43,595 nt of DNA from Oopsacas minuta (taxonomy: Eukaryota; Animalia; Porifera): positions 1 to 43,595 of the forward strand of contig JAKMXF010000059.1 of the NCBI GenBank assembly GCA_024704765.1, read 5' to 3'. The notes beneath the pieces are model-generated. The model was not told the origin of the DNA. It saw only the letters and a program-made list of their open reading frames with translations, and did not search any database. Position numbers and translations under genes: made by a program. Below are positions 24,904 through 37,982 of this stretch, piece after piece (within the stretch, counting starts at the first letter, position 1; each line of letters starts with the position of its first letter).

Positions 24904-27090
24904 TCAAGTGTATGGATACTTGCTAAACTTGAAATCATTACCTTCCTTGAGAACCAATGCACGACTCTCTGTCACTTTAGCTACTGTCATGGGACCAATG
25001 TATTTGCCTCCTTTCTTGGTTCCAGGCATTTTCTTTGCTTTTCGCATGTTACGAACGAGTATCTGATCTCCTTGCTTTATGCTCGTACTGGGAAATGTGA
25101 TTACGTAAGTGATTATCAAAAGTTAATAGCCACATGATTGATTACCTCCTCTTTTTAACCTTATCATCGAATTGGTATTTTTGTATTTGTTGTTCCATGT
25201 TAATATTTTCTTGGGCATGTAATTTGGATTCTGAGCGAGCTTCCATCAAAGACTCTATCTAACCATCAGAATATTCAAGTTCTGGAGAGAATGTATCATC
25301 ATCTTCTTCATCGCTAGAAGTTTGCAGTTGTAGATTGTTGAGTTCTTCCTCCTCCTCAAAATGAAGCACGTTAGAATGGTGAGTAGAAGACTGCAATTAG
25401 CTTCTCTTCCGTACATCAGATAGAATGGTGAGTAGTCTGTTGATTTCTTCCAGCAAGTGTTAGCAGCTAGAACAGCAGCATGTAATTTGCTCGGCCACTC
25501 TGCACCTGTTTCTACTAACATTTCGTGGAATTTGCTAAAGTAGGCAAGGCAATAAAACAATTAGGACTGGTTGATTTTAGTATTCTATATACTACTTACG
25601 TTTTGATGATTTTATTGTGCGCTTCGACAAGCCCGTTACTCTGTGGGTGGTAAGCAGTTGTCTCACGGTTGTCAGCTTTAGTTTGTGGTGAAAATCTTGA
25701 AAGTCCTAAATTTAGGTTTGAAATTCAGTTATTTTAGTACAATAATAGCTATAGTTGAATATCTATATAAATCAGACACTATTTCCATGTCGGATTATCT
25801 GCAGGTTCCAGCGCATATAAATTAATGATTAAATTGACCAGCCTCGTCCAATTTAGTTAATTTCATACATATAGGATAATTTTAATTAAAAAGGTAACAC
25901 ACCTTGCTGACAAACTCACGTCCTTGATCATGTTGAATTATCTGAGGCACTCCTAGAGTAAAATATATGCTCTCCAGCTGGGTCAAGACCTCTACTGGTC
26001 TTGGTTTTCATTGGGCGAACCGCACAGAATTTGGACAATTAACAAGTTGTGACCAAAAGATGTTTATACCCTTCAGTATTCTCTTGCAAATCACAGACCA
26101 GATCAATAGCGATGTGCTTCCAGGGTTGGTCGGTGGAGGACTTGGTTGCAGTTCCCTTTGAGGCTGAGGTGGTAGTGCAGCAGTCAATTGACAATTACGA
26201 CAAGATTGGACCTAAGGAGAAAGAGATATTACGTAATCTACAAACACATGAATGATGTCATGTACAAGTTTGCATACCACAGATTTTTGAAATCTTGCGT
26301 AATGATTAAGCAAAAATAATCATTACAAGATCTAAGTTCAAAACGTTTCAAGAGTAATATAATAATTTTAATTCTGCTTGGTGGGTCCAGAAAGTCATGA
26401 TAATTTTTATTTTAATTCAAAACAACTTTTAATTGATTTTGTTTTGACTAAGAATTACCCAGAAACAGTGTCTGAGATGTCATACGTACTGCAAAAATAT
26501 AAGTAATGTACAGATCACACCTATGACATGACCGACACAACTAGTGCGGTAGGCCCGTTGCTTTTGAAAGAATAAAACTTGGAAATATAATATACTATTT
26601 CGATGTGCAGTTGACGCTAACTCAAACAGATTTTTCCCTTGAAGTTCGGTTCGTGATAACAGATGCAACTATATCCAGCACTTTCACCACAAAACTCGAG
26701 GAAACTGGGATCCGTACAGTTTTCTTCCTAATTCATTCAAGGAAAAACCACGCTGACATATCTAACGGGTATTATTTTGACACAAAATTGTAACGGGGTT
26801 AGAGCGAGCAATTTATGACAGTCAATAACTCTAGAAAGATAATACATCGGTATCAATTGAGTTGGATCACTTGGAATTGGATGAGCATTTCAATTGTAAA
26901 TATTAATAAAACTTACATAATTTCTAGCATCTTTGCTCATCCCTGGCCAGAAATATTCGTGTTTGATAGACTTGATTGTAGTGTTGATTCCAGGATGTGC
27001 AGCACTGTCATGGTAGCGTCTGATAATATCAGATACTTGGTCTGAGCAGACAACCTCTAATGAGCGCGAATTATTTCCACTATTGATCAC
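24904..27090 (-). pseudogene. Intron-containing integrase (HHCC + DDE + GPY/F-like)
   Basis: YHDSAAHPG..WPGMSKDARNY|VQSCRNC is joined by intron 26916-26212. IAIDLV (D at 26104-26102), QHDQGREF (D at 25929-25927) and TAYHPQSNGLVEAHN (E at 25625-25623) follow. Further introns at 25902-25706 and 25599-25535, then YSPFYLMYGRE. Stops and frameshifts are present. Confidence 0.87.
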
Positions 27091-28875
27091 CTAATGACAC
27101 ATGTTAAAAGATATTGTAGAATAATAAAAAATTATTAGTTATCTCACTATAAGCACAATGATATTTAGAGCAGGGGTGCAAAACTGGCTCCCCTCACAAT
27201 TTTAGCCATGTGCCGAAAATTCAACCCTTATCATTCAGTAATTATGTGTCTAGTTTGAATAATGGAATAAGTAGATCTTTAGAAAGTTAACATACAATAA
27301 AATACAGAACAAGGTCATTGTGTTCTAGAATGTTCTGTTAAAATTACCTTGAAATTTGTTTTCCTCTCCGATTACATATTGTGAAGCCTTCACACGAAAG
27401 TTCTTTTTGGCACGACATGTAATCTTAGATTGGAGGACAGTTGTTGGATCACACCCTGCGTGAAAAAGATTGTAATAGCTTCGTATTCTTCTGCTAACTT
27501 CTTTTAGCTTGGAGAACGGATTCTATATGAAATACGCGGAACAGGGTTTTCTAACAATTTCTTTGGAAGAAAAAGTAGTAAGACCACCAATAGTATAAAC
27601 CTACGTAAACCAATGGAAAATGTGTGTACGTAGATTACCATATTATTTACAATAGGAGTAAGAAAATGTAACGGATAAGTAAGAGTTAAAATTTCATCTA
27701 GAACAAGATCGATGAAGCATTAATATAGATGAGTTAAAATCTCACGCAACAGCTCTAGACCATTGCTCCTTTTGCACGTCCACATAGAACACACTGACAG
27801 CTTGCCTTGTGTCCCGGTGCCTAGCTCCGTTGGTAATTCAAGGCACCGTGTCTCTGTGTTTGGACACTCTCAATATTCAAAAAGGGTTATTATATGCCTG
27901 TGTGTGTAGATGCATCGTCCTCCGCAAGGGCAGTACTACCATTAAAAAATACAAAAAACATTCAAATGATACGTTTCCAAGATTCTACCATAGCAATTCA
28001 AATTCTTGTTTCGCAATGGATATTATTATGTCAAATATTCTAGATTAGTAGACCATATATTGTAATACTATACTTGGTGTCCGTGGTGACTCTCTGGATA
28101 AAAGTCTAGCCATAACAATTCTTAGGACCTGAAAATATAACTAGCGACGTGTAGTGTTATGGTGTAGCCAGCTACTAAGATAGTTAAATTAGGCCCGGCC
28201 AACTAAACATTGCTTCCGTCGGGCTGATTATTGTTGAATAGGAAGTTTTATATGGGGATTGCACATAGTGACACAATTCAATGATTTTTGTTTTTGTATA
28301 TTTTGTCGTTACCACATCTTTTCATACTTGTATATGTTATATTGCTAAAAACTAGGAAATATCTGAAATTTTGGACCAGTACAGTGATATATAAGAATGA
28401 TTTCACATAGGGAATCCTAATACTTCATATATACTCAAAATGGTACATTTTTTGCCGACGAAATGTATAAGGGTATTAAACTATACACACAATCAATATC
28501 TACAAACACTACCAGGGAGAAATCATATCACCAGATTTCGTCTTAAGCCATTATATTACAAAAATTCTCCATTAGAAGCTCTTTAAATAGCAGATTATTG
28601 CTTATGCAGTTGCAAAATTATAATCGCGGGATCTCATTATGTTTCTCCCAAAATATCAAAAATTAGTCATGAGTGAGATTCGCTTCGAGGGTTATTTTGT
28701 TCACCATGGGTGACATATTTTGGCAAATATTCACTAATAACTCGACAAACATAAATATTTTGGTCAATTCATCCTACCAACATGCAGTATATACCCAACT
28801 TCCTATATCCTGAAGATACATTTTGACGTGTTATCACTGAAGAACATGATGCAATTTGAAAATGACCGTGTATAG

Positions 28876-31193
28876 CAGTGGTTCCCAAACTTTTCTCTTT
28901 GCGTACCCCTCAAACTCAATCTTGTGTGTGTTGTACCCCTTAAAATTGCCTGCATTGTAAATATTTGGTTTACAATCACTTTTACCCACTGGTGAAAAAT
29001 AAAAGTGTTTAGAATCTAGCAATATAAAAAAGTATAAAATCAATTAGTGGGAATGAGGTGCTTGCATGTTGTGTATCAGGCTATCAATTCGTAGCACCGT
29101 TTTTTAAAGGGTCAGACGGAGATCAGCTTCCACAGACAACTGCGCTCGAAATTTGTTTTGAATTAGTAATAGTGGTGAAAGATCCTGTTTACAAAGGTAA
29201 GTACTGGGAAACATGAACAAAGTTTTTACTGCCGTGTCAGCCACGTTGCGATATATCAAGCTCATTTCGCACCAGAACTTCGTGAGTGCGAGTGTTTCAA
29301 ATTGATCTCGGGCATTAGAATCATTGGAGAAGAGGGTATTATAGATCAGAGTATAGGTGCTCTAATAAAGGCTTACGTTTCAGCATTGCGAAATGAATTT
29401 CATCCTTACTTCCCAGATCTGAGCGATCTGGACATGAAATGGTTCGAAATCCATTTAGATGCGATGTAACTCCTATACCAGACAGAGTCTAAGAGGAATT
29501 TGTTGAATTAGTCAAGAGTTGCTGAGAGGCTTTCAAAAAATCGAACTTTCCCAAGGTAAATTTAGCTTCCCATAGTTTTAACTTCATAATAATTGCCCGA
29601 AACATGTCCACACAATCAATCACGGTAGTAAACAGTTATTGGAGGGACTTGTTGAGCAAGTTGATTCGCGAGAAGATATCAGTTAAGTAGGCGAGCTTTT
29701 TCAGCCATTCTCTATCTGAGAGTTTGCCTAAGAATATTTTTAACTTCTCTTTCCCATTACGTTCCAAGAATTCTAACAATCGGTTTTTCAGTGAATATAC
29801 TCGAGAGAGAGCATGTTCCCTCGTGAGAGGCAGCGAACTTCAGTATAGAACAGCAAATTGTGATGGTCAATATAAAATTATTGGCACAATAGGTGGAACA
29901 CACGTGTATTCAGAGTATTGAACTTGATAAAATTAACCATGGTGGCAACATCATCAAGAACAAGTTTTAGATCGGATGGAAGCGTTGTAGACGCAAGAGC
30001 GTATCGGTGTATCATACAGTGATTGTCTTTCGAAACGGGATTCACTGTTTTTACCCAAGCTCGAAATGCCGAATGAATTCCAAGGTATAGCAGGAGCACC
30101 ATCTGTTGTGCAAACAGAAACTTTCTCTCAGGATAGTTACAGTCTATCAAAGTAATCAGAGACATGCTGGAAGTCATCTTCTCCTTTGTAGTTGTTTCCA
30201 AGTAATGGCAGAATAGAAACTGTACCTTGAAGTCCCGTCTTTGATGTACCGTGCAAATACCAGTAGTTGTGCACACCTAGAAACGTACGTTGACTCATCA
30301 ATTTGAATTCAAAACGTGTTCAACGGGGGCCCCAAAAATCTCAGCAACTACCTGTTCCTCAACGTGATCTGCTATATCTGTATTCGGTGCTTGATTGTGT
30401 CGTTCGAGAGAGGCAGAGAGACGAGTTTCTTTTCGACGCTATCTCCCAAAATGCAGTGCACGATGTCCTTACAACTGGGGAGTATAAGATTTTCTGCAAT
30501 CGTATGTGGTTTCTTTTCTTGATCGATTCGCAAAGCCACCATGCACGAGGCACGAAGACCTGCTTGAGTCTATTGACTCAATTGTCATCTGTGATTTAGA
30601 CGGATCCGCTTTACTCCTCCCTCTTGGTGCTTGAAGAAATCTATATCCTTATTGGCAAAGATTTGGGTGGCACCCGCTTAATTGCCGTTTAAGAAAACTT
30701 GGTTTCATCGAGCCCTTATAGCACCGTATAACATATTACACATTGTGTTAGTTTCCGTCCCTCTTTAAATATGGATGTAAATCCATATTTGAAATAATCT
30801 TCATTATATTTCCGTTTCTTAGCAGATTCGATATGATTTTGTTGATAAAGTCAAGATCTCAAAGAAATACTCTTCCAATTTCCATTTTATTCCATTTTAT
30901 AACAATACGATACACGGGTGGGTGTGATACTCAAATCAATATGAGTTTACACATATGTACGGACAATGGAATCCTTAATTAGCATAACCTCAAACAATAA
31001 ATATTCAAGGGTGATAATAATTAGTGATGAAACTATTGCAACTTTATATATATTAATTATTTGGCATGAAATTACTATCTATGTGATGAGTCTGTTGACT
31101 TGATGGAGTGTAACTTGAAATATTTATATATGATACTTACAGAATTGATAGGGTTATGTGAAATACAGGCATACCCCAGTTTGAGAACCACTG
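28876..31193 (-). mobile_element. Degenerate Buster hAT element (2318 bp) with non-matching flanks
   Basis: TIRs CAGTGGTTCCCAAACT (28876) and CAGTGGTTCTCAAACT (31193, -). Minus-strand fragments include NHCMIHRYALASTTLP..VNFIK and a KKPHTI-like segment. Flanks are GTGTATAG and CTCTAACG: both fit nnnTAnnn but only 4/8 positions match. Confidence 0.88.
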
Positions 31194-32752
31194 CTCTAAC
31201 GATTATCGAGTTATAAGTAGATATTACCAAACAGATGCCATCCATGGTATCTAATATTACTCAGTAACGTGACAACTAGATAATTACAAAAGTTGTATAT
31301 TTATTTGGAAACATCCTTGGATCACAGGCAAAATTTAACTATAATTATTGAAGTCTAGCTAATACACATTGTGCCTCCAATTGTTAGTGCCACTAAAACA
31401 GGTGAAATTAATAGACAAAGCTGTGAGAAATTCTAATTTAGATTGTTTTTTATGTTCTCATGTATAATGTGTTGTATATGTCCTGTTATTGGAAAGGATT
31501 CTGTTAGTTGTGTATAGCAAGTGTATTGTGTTTGCGTGATAGATTAAGTATTCTCTGTGTGATTCTTCGTGCAATAGGCCTCCATCTAGTTCTCGAGAGT
31601 CTATGCTATTGTGTAAGAGGTGGTGCGGAGTACAAATACTCTGAATATGCCAAATATCCACACGCCATGATTTTGTGAAATGCGAACTCATCGTCGGATT
31701 ATTACGCTATCATGACAGCAACCAAAAAATCAAAATTACCCGAATAAGGATATTTTGAGAATTTCATAATACTCGAACCCCGTGGCCCGGAGGGGGTGGA
31801 GCTACATCTCTTGAGCTTATGGCAGCACCACCTCTGCTCCCCACATAACCTGCTCACCTAAACAAATAATTTGATGTCTATATTCTTGTGAATTCTTATT
31901 AGAGCATTTTTATATATATAGCTATGTTGTCATATAAACACTTTATTTCCGAAATTTGCACGAGTGAGGATGATATTGAAGATTGTTCGGAACAGGTCAA
32001 CGAAGTTCTAAGTAATTCTCTAGATGTTCCATTGGATAATTGAGATGTCATGATGGGAATAGCAGCCTAAAAGGACTGAAATCTATAAGTATGAAGGTGT
32101 ATTTTCGACACAAAGCGTGCCAAATATTTCACACAAACCCTGAAGGAGAAATTGAGGTCCATCTTGACATTAGTTCTTCATTTGCCAATCCCACAGCCTA
32201 AATTGAAATTTTTTCCTCAAACTCAATTCAGTTCTGTTTTACCACAGCCACCATGCGAAATTCGTTTAGATTATGTTGAAGTTGACGGTGTTACTACTTT
32301 TACTGCCGTCACTATCCTCAGCCGAACGCGGAACCGACAATGGCGCAGATTCTGTTTCGACCATGGAATAAGATAATCTAGGCAGCCATAACACATCAAA
32401 ATTCAGAGGCACATAAAACAGGCGTCTACTCCGGAATGAGTGTAGTTATAATCAAGATAAACGTAATCCAAATATTGCCGCTAATCTTAGCGAGTCTTAT
32501 CATCGATTGATAATCGACAATCGTAAAATATCGCTGATGTTGCCCGAGTAGTAGTACTATGCACACGCCGAAGCATTGCTCTGCAAGGGCATAGTGAATC
32601 TGAAGAAGTTCCTTCGAGGGAATTTTATTGAGATATTAAATCTACTCGTCACCAAGGATGAGTTCATCGCACAGAAGTTAAAGGCATGTAATATGAAGTA
32701 TATCCATTCAACTATTCAATATGATATACTAGGAATTGAAGCAGAATTACTA

Positions 32753-34079
32753 CGGGCGTTCAATAAGTAGTCGTTATCACACTGTAATTCTCATTTTCCT
32801 AGCATAATTGTGTAGTCAGTGATGGAGTTTCTCATAGGATTCCCCTTCGTGCTGTAAAACTAATTTAAGCCTTTTGATCCAATCGAAAGATACCTTTTGT
32901 AGTCTTTGGTTGGTACACCTTTCATATACTGGAATATCATCGATCCCATCTGAGCTCGATTCTCGAGTTCCTGCCTGATAGATGTTTCGTCAGCATTGGA
33001 AACGACCAAAGTCACAGAGAGCTAGATCTGGCGAGTAGGGAGGGTGATCAAGTGCCACAATTTTCATAGCTTCCAACTTTTCACTAGCCAGCTTTGTCCT
33101 GTGTGGTCGGGCGTTATTATGCAATATTGGCAATCCACGAGTTCCAGTCCTTGGCCGTCAATTTTGGTAGAATTTTTCAACCTCTTGTTAGAGACTCATT
33201 GGTGTAGGAGGAGCCTGTTATTGTTTGCTATCTGGGGACACAAATCTGGCACACTGGACCATTAGAATAAAAAGATATACAGCACATAACCTTCGGGTCC
33301 CGAAAGTCATGTCGGGATCATTGGTGGGTCTTGTCCTTTTGCCACCCATATTTTGTTTACTTCTTTTGGTAAAGGCTCAGAATAACGTACCAAGTCTCGT
33401 CACCTGTTACTATCTCAAATAACCTTCTGGAGTCAGCTCGATCAAACTCAGAGCTCAATGTAGTAGCGCATTGTACCCTCTTTGCTTTCTGGGCCTGAGT
33501 TAGTAAATGCAGCACCCATCGAGCACATATCTTTCAGAATTTCATATTATCATGTACAATAGCTTGAGCAGTTCCCATTGAGAACCCAGCCGCATCAGCT
33601 ATGTCCACAAGCGTGATATGAGGGTCTTCTTCAAGTAACGCGGATACTTCAAGGATGTTTTTCTACTTGACGCTGGATACTGGTCTCCCTATTCTTGCCT
33701 CATCTTCAATGGACACTCTACCTTCAAGGAAGCGTCTAGCACAATCAACAACTGTATAATATGGAAGTGTGGTATCCTTATAAACTTTCTCTAAATCTTT
33801 GTGAACATCTGTTATTGAAATTTTGAGCAGTGTTCTGATCTTCACATATGCTCTCTGCTCAATTCTGAAATCGGCACTTGTTGAAGCCATTAAACATGTT
33901 ACTATAATAAACTGTCAAAATATAAATATACACAATATGATAACGAGACATCAGAATAAAAAAAGCTTTACATTATTGAATTCACAATGGATGGATTGTT
34001 ATTAGAAAATTCAGTTTGATCTGGATCGAAATATTCCGACTTACAAAATTTGGAATAACGACTACTAATTGAACGCCCG
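32753..34079 (-). mobile_element. mariner (DD34D) element, 1327 bp, decayed transposase
   Basis: TIR CGGGCGTTCAAT(A/T)AGTAGTCGTTAT at both ends; TA TSD at 32751-32752 and 34080-34081. HTH segment EQRAYVKIRTLL..RFLEGRVSIEDEARIGRP, IVTGDETW, LHNNARPH (D to N at 33118-33116) and PPYSPDLALCDF (D at 33013-33011). The gap is 102 nt, i.e. 34 codons. Confidence 0.95.
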
Positions 34080-35114
34080 TACTAATTAGAAGCAAACTAG
34101 TTACGAAAATTTCAATGGTTGGATCATTCGAACTGATAGCTGATGAGTTGAAGACATGTCAAAAAACAGAACAAATAGCTATCTGTGTTAGCTCTGTATT
34201 GAATTATATGGCGTTGAATGTTTGATCTAAGTAAAACTTGGGGAAGGCCTCGATGCCTCTTCGTTAGCGAAGGACCTAGATGCATCTTCGTTAAAAAGTG
34301 TGTCAAGTGCTTGCCGTCCATCTCATCAACGCTAAATATTTTAGTCTATTGCTACAATTTTGTTTCTGGTCAGAATGTGTATCCTCACTTTATCGTTGAG
34401 CAAAGGACTATGATAAAATATGGTAACAATAGAGTTATACACCTGTTCAGCTCAAACTTCATAGTGATACACGGTGGATAAGTAGATGGACTTCATGTAA
34501 TACCGTTCTTACAACAACAGCGGCGCTGATGAATACCTTAGGGTAATACATGAGAGAAGGGACAAAACAATAATAGAGCTACCACAGTCACTGGAATTTA
34601 TCAACAAATTGACACTAAGTTCGTTCTCAACTTAATAATACTGAAGAGAATCCTCGGGATGAAAAAATATTTGTCAAAACTACTACAAGCAGAAACCCTC
34701 GACCTTTTTTCTACTGTATTATTGATAGAGAGAGCTAAAGCTCAGCTGAGGAATCTTAGAGATAAGGTAGTTGCGTAGGAATAAATATGGGATTCCTCAA
34801 TGTCAAAATGCCAGTTAGCGGTAGTCCATTACCCCTCCCCAAAACGTGAAGAAGTGTTAGACAAGATTCTCGAGAAAATCACACATTACGTCCAAAGTGG
34901 ATTTCATGAGGGGGGGGCATGTACTTGTGCTACTGTGTCTTTGGTCCTGAACTAACTCGATTCGAGATTTTCGGAGGAAACAATCGTCATGTTTCGTGGT
35001 GTAGCATCTCTGACTCCCTCTTCGGACACATTTCTTGATAATAATGCCTTGGACAAGTTTTGCATCTTGTATGGTTATGATTCTAGTACCGTACTCGCGG
35101 AGATCAAGTATGTA

Positions 35115-36447
35115 CAGGGTGGTAAGAAATTGATGCCCCCTTTGGAAATGAAATAGAGCCACAATTTCACTTGATGAATCACGTTTTAACTCCATAATCA
35201 TACTCAAAATTACTTTAACTATTAGATTTTAGTTAATTTCTAAAATTCTTTCTACTCAAAATACACTATTTTTCAAATATTCCTATCTATAATATACTAG
35301 AATTTGATATGGTTAAAGAAGCGACTCTAAACACCCGTACACATGCAGTTTCCTTGTTAGAAGCGGGCATGTTGATTCATCAGGTTGCTAAAGTTGTAGG
35401 TGTATCTATCTGTACCATTCGACGCTGGTTACTGAGGTTCAAGGCCGATGAGTCTCTACAGAACAGGAAGGGCCGTGGAAGGAAAAAGTTCGTCACTATG
35501 GTGGCTAAAGTGGTAATTGCTAAGACAATCGGTAAAAAGATTAAGTCTACACGATATATCTCCAAGAATCTCCAATCTAAGGGGTTTTCTATCTTTCATG
35601 TGCCAGTACACTCGTACTTACGGAAAAATCTCAATGTTCGGCCCTACAAACCGCAGGTTCAACCAAAATTGACAGAAAAACAGAGGACAGTTCGAGTAGA
35701 ATTCTGCAATGAAAGGAAGGATGGGTCATTTAACACCCGGAAAAGAGTCATATTCTCAGATGAGTCCCCTTTTCAGCTATTATTCCACACTCCGAATAAG
35801 CAAAACGACCTTGTATGGGCGAAATCCAGGGTTGATGTCCCTCCCACTAAAAAGTCAAATATCATGGAAAATCATGGCATGGGGTGTGATGTCATCCCAA
35901 GGCCTCTCAGACCTCCATCTAATCCCCCAAAGACAAACTGTGACATCAGACTATTATGTGGAAGTTATATTGAAACAGTCTTTAACATCCAGCTTATTTC
36001 GAACGAGAGATTCAGGGACGATCCTAGAGAGAAAATTGTTGCTAGATAGGTTCCAAGCAATTTTTCAACAGGATAGAGCCCCAGCACATACTTTCAAAAT
36101 ATGCCAGGAGTGGTTGAAAATACAAAATGGCAGGTTCTTGGACAAAAGAAATATGGCCTCCGAACTCACCAGACTTAAATCCCATCGAAAACCTCTGGGC
36201 TATTTTGCAAACCAAGCTGGATGCAATGGAGCGCGCAACCAACCTAAAGTTTGAGAAAAACAGCTAAATTTGGCCTGGAAGGAAATCTCACCGAGACACT
36301 AGAAAGACTCATAGCTGGGATGCCTGGTCGAATTAGAAAACGTCTAAAACTGTATGGAGATTACATAGGAAAGTAATACCATATCTACTTAGATTAAACT
36401 AGAGAATAACGGGGGTTATAAAAAGGGACATCAATTTCTTAACACTG
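35115..36447 (+). mobile_element. Tc1-like element (probable DD37E spacing), 1333 bp, frameshifted transposase starting at 35309
   Basis: Imperfect TIRs CAGGGTGGTAAGAAATTGATGCCCC and CAGTGTTAAGAAATTGATGTCCC with TA flanks (35113-35114, 36448-36449). Paired-like HTH, VIFSDESPF, FQQDRAPAH (D at 36072-36074) and PPNSPDLNPIENLW (E at 36187-36189). Confidence 0.9.
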
Positions 36448-37655
36448 TATGAAGGATCATTGAAACGGCTGATAATACAAGTTGCGGAGAGTCCTCGTTT
36501 GAATTCCTCAGGTTCATATCTAAGTTTCAGTCAGCTTTTGCCAATTCGTACAAACTATGCATAGTTTCCGGGACTCTACCTGTCAGTAGCACGATCGCCG
36601 AGTGAACCTTCTCTTGTATTTATCTAATTAAAAATAAGCTTCGAACAACAATAGCAGATACTAGATGATCTGATTTAGTGGTGCCAGCAGTTCATAATGA
36701 TCGACCGATTGACTACGACGATGTTATGCCAAAATTCGCTGCTACTTCGAGACGAATCATCTTGAAATACTTATGTATTATTAGTATACCTTATACGTAT
36801 ATGTCCTTTTCAGAAATAAGAGACACTTCTACTATGACTAGATTATTCAATATACGTATTATCTTAACAACTAATAATATGTAATGGGCATCTTATCCTC
36901 TTGAAATTGTACTGTTGCTAATTCTGACACCGTTGAATTGAGTTTTGGTGTTAGTTATCAGTCAAATCCAAACATCTGAATTAGGAGAATGCAAGGGTTA
37001 AGTAAACCGAATCTAGTCAATAAACCTTTGTCAATATTTCCCCTAAATTGGTATTCGAATCTATTCTTTAATTATCTCAAAACCACGGCTTTAGTCTTTC
37101 TGGAATTTCTATGAAAGAAAGGTTAGTTCTTATGGTTTGAAAAACATTCAGAATGATTGAAGCAATATTGTGGATGATATTATGGCAAAGAACATACTGA
37201 CACAACAATTTTGCTTTTTGTTGTGGTACCCCTAGTCAACCTTAATTACTTTTGTTTTTGCTATTTCTCATTGCCAAATTTGGCCAAAGATTGAGCTAGA
37301 TTAGGTTAGTATGCAAACAATTCACAGCTCTAGAGCATCACTACATATTCCAACAAATTATCGGAATAGTCCAGGACTAAAATGTTGCATCTATGGGGAC
37401 CTTCGCCGAATTTTGACCACTAGTTCATAAATAGAATAGGTACGTTGTGTCTTTAGGAATTTATCTCCTCGAAGGGTGAATACATCGAGCTGGATAACAC
37501 ACTAGATATATACTGTCGAATGGTTACGAAAATTGCCAATACCGTAATAGAAATTCGCCGAATATGGTTTCATGATAAATGATTTAGGAGCACTTAAAAT
37601 AACCCATTACACTTTTAAGTCATCACATGACGTCATTTCGTCATAAGAATTGTTC

Positions 37656-37759
37656 AGAGATATGGACTTTGTTGGATATAGGCATCAATGAAACAGAAAC
37701 ATTTAGGTTTATGAATGTCTGTTTCATTAGCACCTATATCCAACAAGGTCCATATCTCT
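37656..37759. repeat. Hairpin/palindrome with ~46-bp arms and a ~10-nt loop
   Basis: Left arm AGAGATATGGACTTTGTTGGATATAGGCATCAATGAAACAGAAACATT; reverse-complemented right arm AGAGATATGGACCTTGTTGGATATAGGTGCTAATGAAACAGACATT. Confidence 0.9.
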
Positions 37760-37982
37760 CAATCCAATTCTGATTATTTCAAAATAACATTCGACTCCAT
37801 AAATGAATAAATATATACGTATAGCAATCAATCGCTTGTAGTATCATCCACAAATGATGCATTTCATTGTTGATATATTGTCAAGAAGTTATGTACTTTT
37901 GATACCATGGCAGACATATTATTGAATCACAACTTGCATAGTCCTTAGTTTGTGAGAAATAAACAAATGCCATTTTCCATCC

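Larger units (their letters stand above)
23425..27600 (-). mobile_element. Ginger1-type DNA transposon remnant: spliced Gypsy-like integrase with C-terminal OTU domain; ends not located
   Basis: GIN-like N-terminus (EEYEAITIFFTQG..KKNFRVKASQYVI), HHCC finger, DDE core, GKYIGP (GPY/F-like) motif and OTU domain are all on the minus strand and interrupted by GT-AG introns. No RT, RNase H, gag or LTR is seen. Confidence 0.78.
32150..36775 (+). mobile_element. ZMYM1-type hAT remnant interrupted by a mariner and a Tc1-like element; outer boundaries approximate
   Basis: RGNFIEILNLL..KYIHSTIQ (32576-32750) continues in frame after removing the mariner as LLLIRSKL..SFELIADE..EQIAIC. The C-terminal LPVSS.IAE*TFS..IKNKLRTT..DYDDVMPKFAATSRRIIL lies at ~36570-36770, after the Tc1-like insertion. 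Confidence 0.78.

Noticed and set aside
24904-27090. Gypsy LTR retrotransposon
   Set aside because: The integrase is split by spliceosomal introns, is preceded by a GIN-like N-terminus rather than RT/RNase H, and no LTRs are seen.
37656-37759. SECIS element next to SEPSECS
   Set aside because: On the minus strand the AUGA is Watson-Crick paired with UCAU, so there is no tandem G-A quartet. The stem is a long near-perfect palindrome, and SEPSECS is not a selenoprotein.
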